A stretch of DNA of 64,000 bases from Candidatus Nanoarchaeia archaeon (GTDB taxonomy: Archaea > Nanobdellota > Nanobdellia > Woesearchaeales > GW2011-AR4). The translations under genes were made by a program, and so were the position numbers. Location of the stretch: positions 3,945 through 67,944 of the forward strand of contig DATDZA010000016.1 in the NCBI GenBank assembly GCA_035288865.1, given 5' to 3'. The notes below the pieces were generated by a model. It was not told the origin of the DNA. It saw only the letters and a program-made list of their open reading frames with translations, and made no database searches. Within the stretch, counting starts at the first letter, position 1; each line of letters begins with the position of its first letter. Shown here one piece after another: positions 7,282-15,036 of this stretch.

Positions 7282-9903
7282 ATGCACAACAAGCCCGTAG
7301 AGCAGGTATTGAGGGAATTAAATACTTCAAATAATGGGTTGGCTCAGCAGGAAGCAGATGAAAGGCTAAAGCAGTACGGATTCAATGAATTAAAAGAAGG
7401 AAAAAAGATTTCTCCGCTGGAAATTTTTATCAGCCAGTTCAAAAGCATTGTTGTATGGATTTTAATCGCCGCAACAGTTATTTCCTCATTTCTGGGTGAA
7501 TATGTTGATGCAATTGTCATTTTCTCCATAATAATACTCATTGCCCTGCTGGGATTTTTTGAGGAGTACAGGGCAGAAAAAGCTATAGAAGCGCTGAAAA
7601 AGCTGGCATCTTTAAGGGCAACTGTCCTCAGAGACAGCCAAAAAAAAGAAATTGATGCAAAAGAACTTGTTGTCGGTGATATAATCATTCTTCAGACAGG
7701 CGACAAGGTGCCTGCTGACGCGCGCCTGATTGATGTTTTCAATCTGCAGACTCAGGAAGCTGCGCTTACAGGCGAATCCCAGGCCGTAAAGAAAAATGCC
7801 TCCCAGCTGGAGGAGAAAACGAGCATAGCCGACAGGCACAACATAGTTTTTTCCAGCACAATTGTTGTCAGCGGAAGGGCAAAAGCAGTCGTGATAGCAA
7901 TAGGCATGCAGAGTGAGATTGGAAAAATTGCTACGATGTTAGAAGAAGTAAAGCCCGAGCCGACTCCGCTTCAAAAAGACATGAACCAATTAGGAAAATT
8001 TATCGGCACGATAACCCTCATAATAGCAGCGCTCATTTTTATGAGCGGCATGCTGGTCCGCCATTCTAACTGGATTGATATGCTTCTTGTTTCAGTGTCG
8101 CTGGCAGTGGCCGCGATTCCGGAAGCCCTGCCGGCAGTTGTCACTATATCCCTCGCCCTCGGCACTCAAAAAATGCTGAAGAGAAATGCGCTCATAAGGC
8201 GGCTGCCAAGCGTGGAAACCCTCGGATCAACTACAGTAATATGCACCGACAAGACAGGCACGCTCACTGCCAATCAGGTGACTGTGAAAAAATTATATGT
8301 CAACGGCAAAATTATAGATGCAACCGGCGTAGGCTATGGGACAAAAGGAATATTTCTTTACAAAAACAAGCTGGTTCCGCCTGAAGAAATTGAGCTTCTT
8401 TTAAGGATTGGAATACTTAACAATAATTCCGAGATAAAAGAAGGAAAAGTTATAGGTGATCCGACGGAAGCGGCATTGATAGTAAGCGCAGCCAAGCTTG
8501 GGCTGATAAAAGAAGATTTGGACATTGAGTACAGAAGAGTTGATGAAATAGAATTCACAAGCGAGAGAAAGATGATGACCACAATACACGGGCACCACGG
8601 CGAGAATATTTCTTATGTCAAAGGCGCTCCGGAAGTTGTCCTGAAACTCTGCAATTCTGTCTACCTTAATGGAGAAATAAAAAAGCTGACAACCGGCATG
8701 AAGGAGGAGATAATTGAAACTAACCGGCAGTTCGCAGAGGGGGCATTAAGGGTGCTAGGGTTTGCCTACAAAACAATTATTGACTCAAACCCTGAAAAAA
8801 ACCTTATATTTGTCGGGCTGCAGGGAATGATTGATCCTCCTAGGGAGGAAGTCAAAATTGCAATCGAGAAATGCAAAAAAGCGGGCATCAGGGTCATCAT
8901 GATTACAGGAGACCATGAGATAACGGCAAAGGCAATTGCAAAAGACATAGGGCTGACGGGAAAAACAATAACCGGCGAGAAGCTTGACGAGATAAACAAC
9001 CTGGATTCTCTGGTTGAGGAAATATCAATATTTGCCAGGGTAAATCCGGAGCATAAGATTAAGATTGTTGATGCGCTGAAGAAAAAAGGGCACATTGTTG
9101 CGATGACTGGAGACGGCATAAATGACGCGCCTGCATTAAAAAAAGCAGATATCGGCATTGCGATGGGAATTTCAGGCACAGATGTAAGCAAAGAAGCAAG
9201 CGCAATGATACTCACCGATGATAATTTTGCATCAATTGTAAATGCAGTAGAGGAAGGAAGAGGGATTCATGACAATATAAAAAAATATTTTGCATTCCTA
9301 ATATCAGGCAACATCGGTGAAGTGCTGATTATATTTATTTCAATAATAATGGGAATTCCGCTCCCTCTGACTGTGACGCAGATTTTGCTCATAAATCTTG
9401 CAATGGACGGCCCTCCCGCCATATCACTTTCAGCGGAACCTTCTGAGCCGGATGTGATAAGCAGAAAGCCAAGAAACCAAAAAGAGCCAATATACAAGAA
9501 CATCGGAAATTATGTATTTTTATTTCCGGCTGTGATGGTAGTGGCTGTATTGCTGGTTTTCATTTATTTTTACCGCGCAGACGGCTTAGTGAAAGCGCAG
9601 ACTATGGCGTTCCTGACAATCATAATGTTCAGGCTCTTTGAAGTTTTTGCGTGCAGGTCGCTGACAAAAAATGTTTTCAAAATGGGATTGTTCAAAAACA
9701 AGTGGATGGTTGGTGCGGTTGCTTTGTCATTTGCCATAGTTGTGCTGACATTATACGTTCCGTTCATGAACAAGATATTTGATACTATGCCTATAAGCAT
9801 CCTTGAGTTTCTTTTTATAATTCTGCTCTCAAGCCTTGGGGCTGTTGCGATTGAAATTTCTAAATTTCTGGGCAATAGGGGGAAAGCTGATGTTAATGTA
9901 TAA
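7282..9903 (+). CDS. P-type cation-transporting ATPase, P2 (SERCA/PMCA-like, probably Ca2+)
   Basis: 873 aa with motifs TGES, PEALPAVVTISLALG, ICTDKTGTLT, MITGDH and TGDGINDAPALKKADIGIAMG. Confidence 0.93.
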   Translation: MHNKPVEQVLRELNTSNNGLAQQEADERLKQYGFNELKEGKKISPLEIFISQFKSIVVWILIAATVISSFLGEYVDAIVIFSIIILIALLGFFEEYRAEKAIEALKKLASLRATVLRDSQKKEIDAKELVVGDIIILQTGDKVPADARLIDVFNLQTQEAALTGESQAVKKNASQLEEKTSIADRHNIVFSSTIVVSGRAKAVVIAIGMQSEIGKIATMLEEVKPEPTPLQKDMNQLGKFIGTITLIIAALIFMSGMLVRHSNWIDMLLVSVSLAVAAIPEALPAVVTISLALGTQKMLKRNALIRRLPSVETLGSTTVICTDKTGTLTANQVTVKKLYVNGKIIDATGVGYGTKGIFLYKNKLVPPEEIELLLRIGILNNNSEIKEGKVIGDPTEAALIVSAAKLGLIKEDLDIEYRRVDEIEFTSERKMMTTIHGHHGENISYVKGAPEVVLKLCNSVYLNGEIKKLTTGMKEEIIETNRQFAEGALRVLGFAYKTIIDSNPEKNLIFVGLQGMIDPPREEVKIAIEKCKKAGIRVIMITGDHEITAKAIAKDIGLTGKTITGEKLDEINNLDSLVEEISIFARVNPEHKIKIVDALKKKGHIVAMTGDGINDAPALKKADIGIAMGISGTDVSKEASAMILTDDNFASIVNAVEEGRGIHDNIKKYFAFLISGNIGEVLIIFISIIMGIPLPLTVTQILLINLAMDGPPAISLSAEPSEPDVISRKPRNQKEPIYKNIGNYVFLFPAVMVVAVLLVFIYFYRADGLVKAQTMAFLTIIMFRLFEVFACRSLTKNVFKMGLFKNKWMVGAVALSFAIVVLTLYVPFMNKIFDTMPISILEFLFIILLSSLGAVAIEISKFLGNRGKADVNV

Positions 9904-9932
9904 GGTTATTGCTAAGTATTTTTCAAGTTATG

Positions 9933-9967
9933 AAGTTCGTTAAACGCCAAGTTTAACGAACTTTTCA
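9933..9967 (+). terminator. Hairpin plus T-run downstream of the ATPase gene
   Basis: Perfect 13-bp inverted repeat AAGTTCGTTAAAC / GTTTAACGAACTT with a 5-nt loop, followed by TTTT. It starts 30 nt after the stop codon. Confidence 0.5.
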
Positions 9968-10062
9968 ATTTTATACACTTCTTGTCCATATTACAAATAA
10001 CCACTAAGCACTGAACATCTCCTCATAAGATTTATAAGGGAATTAATTATCTAAAACTCAAA

Positions 10063-10291
10063 ATGAATGGGGAAAATGCATTAGTTGTATTTCAAAACAA
10101 GAAAATCGGAAGAACTTGGTTTAAAGATGAATGGTAATTCTTTGGTTGATATAGTCCAAACTTTGACAGATAGTGTTAATCCCACCGATTATCTGAAAAA
10201 ACTGCGTAAAAGAGATGAAGAGCTTGGAAGCTACCTAGGGACAAATTGTCCCCATGTAGAAATGCTGACTGAAACTAGGTTTATCCCCTAA
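10063..10291 (+). pseudogene. Frameshifted, truncated remnant of a Bro-N-like (prophage antirepressor-type) gene
   Basis: ATG 10063 gives MNGENALVVFQNKKIGRTWFKDEW and then TAA at 10135. The +1 frame continues SLVDIVQTLTDSVNPTDYLKKLRKRDEELGSYLGTNCPHVEML. Read together, these match the N-terminus of a widespread Bro-N-type protein family as I remember it. The reading frame stops after about 75 codons. Confidence 0.5.
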
Positions 10292-10339
10292 AATTTATTG
10301 AACTTAACATTTAAATAGCGAAAACAAGTTCTGTGGCTG

Positions 10340-12352
10340 ATGGATAGTTTCAGGCAGGTTTGTGAAGATATTGTTAAGGAGCTTAAGAAAAGCAACATAA
10401 AAACACAGCGCCAGCTAAATAAGCTTAAGCTTCAAATTCTGAATAAATACAAGTCTAAGGGAAATATAATCCAAATACCAAAAAACGCTGACATATATTT
10501 TGCTGCTTCAGAAAAAGACAGGAAAAAGTTCATGAAGCTTCTTTCATTAAAGCCAGTCCGGACAATAAGTGGAGTTGCTCCGATTGCATTGATGTCAGAG
10601 CCTTATCCGTGCCCCCACACTTTGAAAGGAATAGGGCCGTGCACGTATTGTCCCGGAGGTCCGGGCTCTCCATTCGGGGATGTTCCGCAAAGCTACACCG
10701 GCAAAGAGCCGTCAACAAGAAGGTCAATAAGAAGCAACTACGACCCTTACATGATAGTTTTCAACAGGCTCGAGCACTATGTCGCAATGGGAAAAGTCCC
10801 TGACAAGGCCGAAATTATTGTTCAGGGAGGCACTTTCACATTTTTCCCAAAACTGTACCAGGAATATTTCATAAAATACGCGCTGAAAGCAATGAATGAC
10901 TTCTCAAGATTATTTTTCGACGCCGATGGAAACATAGACATGATGAAATTCAAGATTTTCTTCGAGCTGCCAAGAATAATCTCCGAAGAGGAAAAAAGAA
11001 CCAAGTCAATACAGATTAAATTACTAAAGATTAAGCATCTGGATTTAAGTAATTTGAAAATAAAAGAAGAAGTCGATGAGTGGTTTTTTAATTATAATTC
11101 AAAATACGAAAATAATCAGGGAGGGAACTTTATAATTGCACATGATGCAACACCATCCGCCCTCCACCCACCCCCTACTGTAGAACTCAACAGTGCCGGC
11201 AGTTCATTAAAGCTAATAAATTTGGATAATGCAAATGTCAGGGCAATAAAAAATATCCAGAATAAAATAAAAGTAGAAAATTTAACCCCTTTATCATTAA
11301 AACACATTCAGAAAGAAAATGAAACTGCCTTAATAAGATGTGTTGGCCTTACAATAGAAACAAAAAGTGATTTTGGAAAATTATATCACGGAAACATTAT
11401 GCTGGAATTGGGCTGCACGAGAGTGGAACTTGGCATACAGTCAATTTATGATAGTGTTCTTAGGTCAACCAACCGTGGAAACACAGTTGCCGATAATATT
11501 GAATCAATAAGAATTCTGAAAGATTTGGGATTTAAAATCAACGCGCATTATATGCCTGGACTGCCTTTGACAACAAAGAAAATGGATTTGAAAGGGTTAA
11601 GAGAATTATTTGAAAACCCGGATTACAAGCCGGACATGCTGAAAATCTATCCGTGCATGGTGATGGAAGGAACAAAATTGTATGATGAATGGAAAGCCGG
11701 AAAGTTTAGTCCTTTAAAAACAAAGGAAGCCGCTGAAATTATTGCAGAAGCGAAAAAATACTTTCCTGAATTCGTAAGGATCACCAGAATACAGCGCGAC
11801 ATACCTACCTATATGACAGCAGGGGGGGTTGACAGAACTAATTTAAGGCAATACGTTGAGATACTGTGCAAAGAAAAAGGAATAAAATGTCGTTGTATAA
11901 GATGCAGAGAAGCTGGATTAAATTCAATTCAAAACAAAAAAATTGATCTAAAGAATCTTAGAATAAAGGTTATAGAATATAATGCCTCACATGGCAGAGA
12001 ATTCTTCATAGCCGCAGAAGACAAAGAAACAGATATATTATTTGGATATTGCAGGTTAAGATTCCCCTCACAAATCCTAAGAGAGGAAATAACAAAAGAC
12101 TCTGCATTAATAAGAGAAATTCATGTATATTCAGCAGCAGTCCAGATAGGAAAGAAGTCAGATGAAAGTTTCCAGCATAAAGGCATAGGCAAGCAATTAA
12201 TGGCGAGATCAGAGGAAATTGCGAAAGGGCATGGGAAAAATAAGATTGTTGTAATAGCCGGAATTGGGGCCAAACAGTATTTTTCCAAGCTTGGATATAC
12301 CTATGATGGCCCATATATGTCTAAGCATATACCACTGGACATCTCTGCCTAA
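10340..12352 (+). CDS. elp3: Elp3-type radical SAM/GNAT tRNA U34 carboxymethyl-modification enzyme, carrying a large internal insertion
   Basis: Radical SAM cluster CPHTLKGIGPCTYCPGG. Also IVQGGTF, RCVGLTIETKSD, TRVELGIQS and a C-terminal GNAT motif QHKGIGKQLM. At 670 aa it is longer than typical archaeal Elp3. Confidence 0.9.
   Translation: MDSFRQVCEDIVKELKKSNIKTQRQLNKLKLQILNKYKSKGNIIQIPKNADIYFAASEKDRKKFMKLLSLKPVRTISGVAPIALMSEPYPCPHTLKGIGPCTYCPGGPGSPFGDVPQSYTGKEPSTRRSIRSNYDPYMIVFNRLEHYVAMGKVPDKAEIIVQGGTFTFFPKLYQEYFIKYALKAMNDFSRLFFDADGNIDMMKFKIFFELPRIISEEEKRTKSIQIKLLKIKHLDLSNLKIKEEVDEWFFNYNSKYENNQGGNFIIAHDATPSALHPPPTVELNSAGSSLKLINLDNANVRAIKNIQNKIKVENLTPLSLKHIQKENETALIRCVGLTIETKSDFGKLYHGNIMLELGCTRVELGIQSIYDSVLRSTNRGNTVADNIESIRILKDLGFKINAHYMPGLPLTTKKMDLKGLRELFENPDYKPDMLKIYPCMVMEGTKLYDEWKAGKFSPLKTKEAAEIIAEAKKYFPEFVRITRIQRDIPTYMTAGGVDRTNLRQYVEILCKEKGIKCRCIRCREAGLNSIQNKKIDLKNLRIKVIEYNASHGREFFIAAEDKETDILFGYCRLRFPSQILREEITKDSALIREIHVYSAAVQIGKKSDESFQHKGIGKQLMARSEEIAKGHGKNKIVVIAGIGAKQYFSKLGYTYDGPYMSKHIPLDISA
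11118..11173. repeat. 56-nt repeat element, copy A, in frame inside the Elp3 insertion
   Basis: AGGGAGGGAACTTTATAATTGC..(19 nt)..GCCCTCCACCCACCC. It shares 20 of its first 22 nt and all of its last 15 nt with copy B at 23858-23912. Confidence 0.75.
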
Positions 12353-12524
12353 GATATATAAAGGGGTACATCCTCTAATTCTGAAAAAGAGAACACGCAA
12401 AACTGCCAAATTAAGTCTTTTGGTCTTCGACACGAAAGCCTATTACGCAGTTTCGCTTAACATTCTCTTTTTCGTAAGACTCCAAAGTCTTTGGAAAACA
12501 AAAAACTTTGGAGGTTTGATAAAA

Positions 12525-13724
12525 ATGATAGATAAAATAAACATTACAGGTTTCCCAAAAAATGTGTTTATAGAATTACCTAATAATTATAGGAATATAC
12601 TTTTTCAACTAGTTTTCTTAGAGTCAAAGAATGCAAGAAATGTAATAAAGTCATTGAAAGAGAAAGGGCTTAAGGAAAATATCTTTAGATGGAGAAGAGG
12701 TCACGATAAAGGATTGCCCCAATTCATAAATTTGGAATCTTTGTTATTCTTGCTCTATAAAGCTCAAATTTCAAGAATTAATATTCAGAAAAAAGTGCAT
12801 GTAATTAAATTAAGGATTCGGGGTTATAATGAAAGGGTAGAAAAATCAGAAGAATTAATTTCATTGATAAGGAGTATAAGGTATATTTTAAATGGCAGTG
12901 GTAAGATGGCCCAGGCATTTAAAATGAATCCTAGAACTTTAAATAAGTACATCAGTAACAAAAAGATAAAAAAACTGCCTATTGATTTTGTGATTAGGTT
13001 AGTGAAATTTGCTGAGAGCAATGTATTATGCTTCAATTTGACAATTAATGAGCTGCAAGACAAGATAATCTCTTATCAAGCATATCACGGGAAATATATA
13101 AAACCAGAATTTCAAGGTGCACGAAAGTTACCAATTCAAGTAACTCCGGAATTTGAATCAATTGTCTATCATCTTATGGGTGATGGTCATGTAAAAGCAA
13201 TTGGTTCTGGTGAATACACTCAATTAAGTGACGAAGGAAGAAAGAATTTCTTGAATAAGTTGTACAATGTCTTTGGATATTTTGAAATAACAGAAAAAAG
13301 TTTCAGTGATGGCAGGGTGATTATACCAAGAGTTATAATAGATATAATATGCAGATATTACAATCTAAATTATGATAGCTTCAACTGGAATACTTCAAAA
13401 TTACCCTTAAATATATCAAGTAACGCAGATTTCAAAATAGCTGGGTTATCTGCTTTCATAGTAGATGAAGGCCATATAAATAATAGGGGAATAGAAATTT
13501 ATTCCGGAAATCGGCAACTTCTATCAGAAATAAGAACTCTTGCAGTTGATTTAGGATTAGATTGTTCAGACCTAAAAGCTAAAAAGCCTAATGGCAACTC
13601 AAAAGAGTCTTATAGATTTAGGATAAGAAAGGAAAGTTCTAAAGAATTCTTGAAAATGGTTGCTAATCTGAAGAAAAATTATCAGTATTGCGGCTTGGCA
13701 CAGAAAGAAAATTTAATGCTTTGA
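12525..13724 (+). CDS. Free-standing double-motif LAGLIDADG homing-endonuclease-like protein with an N-terminal HTH-like region
   Basis: ATG at 12525 preceded by GGAGGT. Two LAGLIDADG-type motifs are present: VYHLMGDGHV and LSAFIVDEGHI. Its 3' end overlaps the convergent RT gene by 12 nt. Confidence 0.72.
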   Translation: MIDKINITGFPKNVFIELPNNYRNILFQLVFLESKNARNVIKSLKEKGLKENIFRWRRGHDKGLPQFINLESLLFLLYKAQISRINIQKKVHVIKLRIRGYNERVEKSEELISLIRSIRYILNGSGKMAQAFKMNPRTLNKYISNKKIKKLPIDFVIRLVKFAESNVLCFNLTINELQDKIISYQAYHGKYIKPEFQGARKLPIQVTPEFESIVYHLMGDGHVKAIGSGEYTQLSDEGRKNFLNKLYNVFGYFEITEKSFSDGRVIIPRVIIDIICRYYNLNYDSFNWNTSKLPLNISSNADFKIAGLSAFIVDEGHINNRGIEIYSGNRQLLSEIRTLAVDLGLDCSDLKAKKPNGNSKESYRFRIRKESSKEFLKMVANLKKNYQYCGLAQKENLML

Positions 13725-14741
13725 TATTTGTTTAATCACTTTATTTCTCAACTTGTAAGTATTGGCCCACATTGCATATCCGAGCCAGCCTTGCAGGCTT
13801 TGAGCAAAATCTTCACGGCTTATATTTTTATTTTTATAAAGTTCTAATTTCTCCTTAAATTGCCTCTCAAATTTTCTTTTATTCGCCTTCCGTAGCAGCT
13901 TATGATAATAAAAAACCCTGAAGCCTAATAAATTCAAACCTTTGTCCAGTTTAATTATCTTTGACTTACTAGGGTGCAATTCAATTTTAAGATATCCAGT
14001 AAGAAATTTATTTATTGCTTCTTTGTATTTCTCGAGATTTTTGTAATCTTTATCCAATATTACAAAATCATCAACATATCTGATGTAATATTTTGCTTTT
14101 AATTCATGCTTGACGAAATAATCAAGCTCATTCAGATAAACATTGGCAAAAAATTGGCTGGTAAGGTTTCCCAAAGGCATTCCAATACCGTCACGCCCCC
14201 CCCCAATTTTATGGTTTTGCAGAATGGTGTTTATTAGCCAAATTATCTTTTTGTCTTTAATTTTCTGCCTGATAATATTTAATAATATTTCATGATTAAC
14301 AGTTTGAAAATAGTGCTTAATATCGCATTTGAGAACAAAGCAATTCCCGGTATTGTTTTTAGAAGCTTTTCTCTTAAAATAATCAAATCTTTTCAGGGCT
14401 TTTATTGTTCCCTTACCTTTCCTGTTTGCGTAGGAATCATAGACAAATAATTTTTCAAAAATAGGCTCTATGATATTGCAGAGTGCATGATGAACTACCC
14501 TATCTTTGAATTCTGATTTGCTTATTTTTCTTGTTTTTGGGTCCCTAATGATGAATGTTTTGAGAGGTTCTGGCTTGTAAGAGTGGAGAAATAATTCAGT
14601 TCTGAGAGACAGAAGATTTTCTTTAAGACTCTTCTCGAAATTAAGTACGTACGGCTTCAATGTCTTGTGCCTTCTTGCTTTTCTGAAAGCCAGAAATAGG
14701 TTTTCATAGCCGCAAAGCTCTTGCCACAGGTCTCTTCGCAT
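13713..14741 (-). CDS. DGR-type reverse transcriptase
   Basis: Starts MRRDLWQELCGYENLFLAFRKA. Motifs RVVHHAL, SYANRKGKG, DIKHYFQTV, LGNLTSQFFANVYLNELD (the SQ signature of DGR RTs) and YIRYVDDFV (YxDD). No maturase or endonuclease domain is present. Confidence 0.9.
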   Translation of the reverse strand: MRRDLWQELCGYENLFLAFRKARRHKTLKPYVLNFEKSLKENLLSLRTELFLHSYKPEPLKTFIIRDPKTRKISKSEFKDRVVHHALCNIIEPIFEKLFVYDSYANRKGKGTIKALKRFDYFKRKASKNNTGNCFVLKCDIKHYFQTVNHEILLNIIRQKIKDKKIIWLINTILQNHKIGGGRDGIGMPLGNLTSQFFANVYLNELDYFVKHELKAKYYIRYVDDFVILDKDYKNLEKYKEAINKFLTGYLKIELHPSKSKIIKLDKGLNLLGFRVFYYHKLLRKANKRKFERQFKEKLELYKNKNISREDFAQSLQGWLGYAMWANTYKLRNKVIKQISKH

Positions 14742-14768
14742 TTTAATGGAAGTCTCAGCACTTTGGAC

Positions 14769-14862
14769 TATTTCGAGCAAGCCATTGTTGGCATTGCCAA
14801 CGTTCCTGTCATTGGCATTGAACCTAGAGCCATTGTCAGCCCTGTTAAGCCTAGAGGCACGG
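14769..14862 (-). repeat. DGR template repeat (TR)
   Basis: 94 nt that align without gaps to 15208-15301 (offset 439). 83 positions are identical. All 11 mismatches are plus-strand T, meaning A on the transcribed minus strand. The TR ends 27 nt upstream of the RT start codon. Confidence 0.87.
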
Positions 14863-14967
14863 CAGCTTGTAGCTCTTTTGCCGTATTTGCACTGCTGTTT
14901 CAAGCATATCTCTAAAGATATTTGTCACAGCTGTATTTTATGACAACGATTTTCACATTGCCGTAGC

Positions 14968-15000
14968 AAAAAAGCGTGTAGTCCAGCATTTCTAATGCTG
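14968..15000 (-). terminator. Hairpin plus T6 downstream of the DGR target gene
   Basis: On the minus strand: CAGCATT-AGA-AATGCTG (7-bp stem, 15000-14984), then TTTTTT (14973-14968) 10 nt further on. Confidence 0.4.
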
Positions 15001-15036
15001 AGACAAAATAAGAGATTAAGAATGAATTAATAAAAA

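Noticed and set aside
10904-11319. Elp3 insertion as an intein or an intron
   Set aside because: There is no Cys/Ser/Thr nucleophile plus His-Asn junction pattern. There are no intein blocks or homing-endonuclease motifs. No BHB-like or group I/II intron structure was recognised. The frame is continuous.
12264-12524. Long N-terminal extension of the LAGLIDADG ORF, overlapping the Elp3 3' end
   Set aside because: The extension overlaps Elp3 in another frame and has no ATG with a ribosome-binding site. The ATG at 12525 is preceded by GGAGGT at the right distance.
13713-14741. RT as a group II intron or retron reverse transcriptase
   Set aside because: No maturase (X) or endonuclease domains are present. 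No domain V/VI-like RNA structure flanks the ORF. No msr/msd-like inverted repeats are present. The SQ variant motif and the adjacent A-mutated repeat pair fit a DGR instead.
14863-14900. Possible extension of TR/VR homology past the 5' boundary (TATTTGCACTG at about 14884 versus TATTGCACTG at about 15304)
   Set aside because: It requires a ~21-nt indel, and the first mismatch after ...CACGG is C versus G, which is not at an adenine. A 10-nt match is too short to separate from chance.
14742-14903. N-terminal 54-codon extension of the RT ORF (MKQQCKYGKRATSCRASRLN...)
   Set aside because: This stretch is the TR plus its flanks. It stays open only because it is homologous to the in-frame VR coding sequence. 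RT homology begins at the Met at 14741, so the extension is treated as non-coding template RNA.
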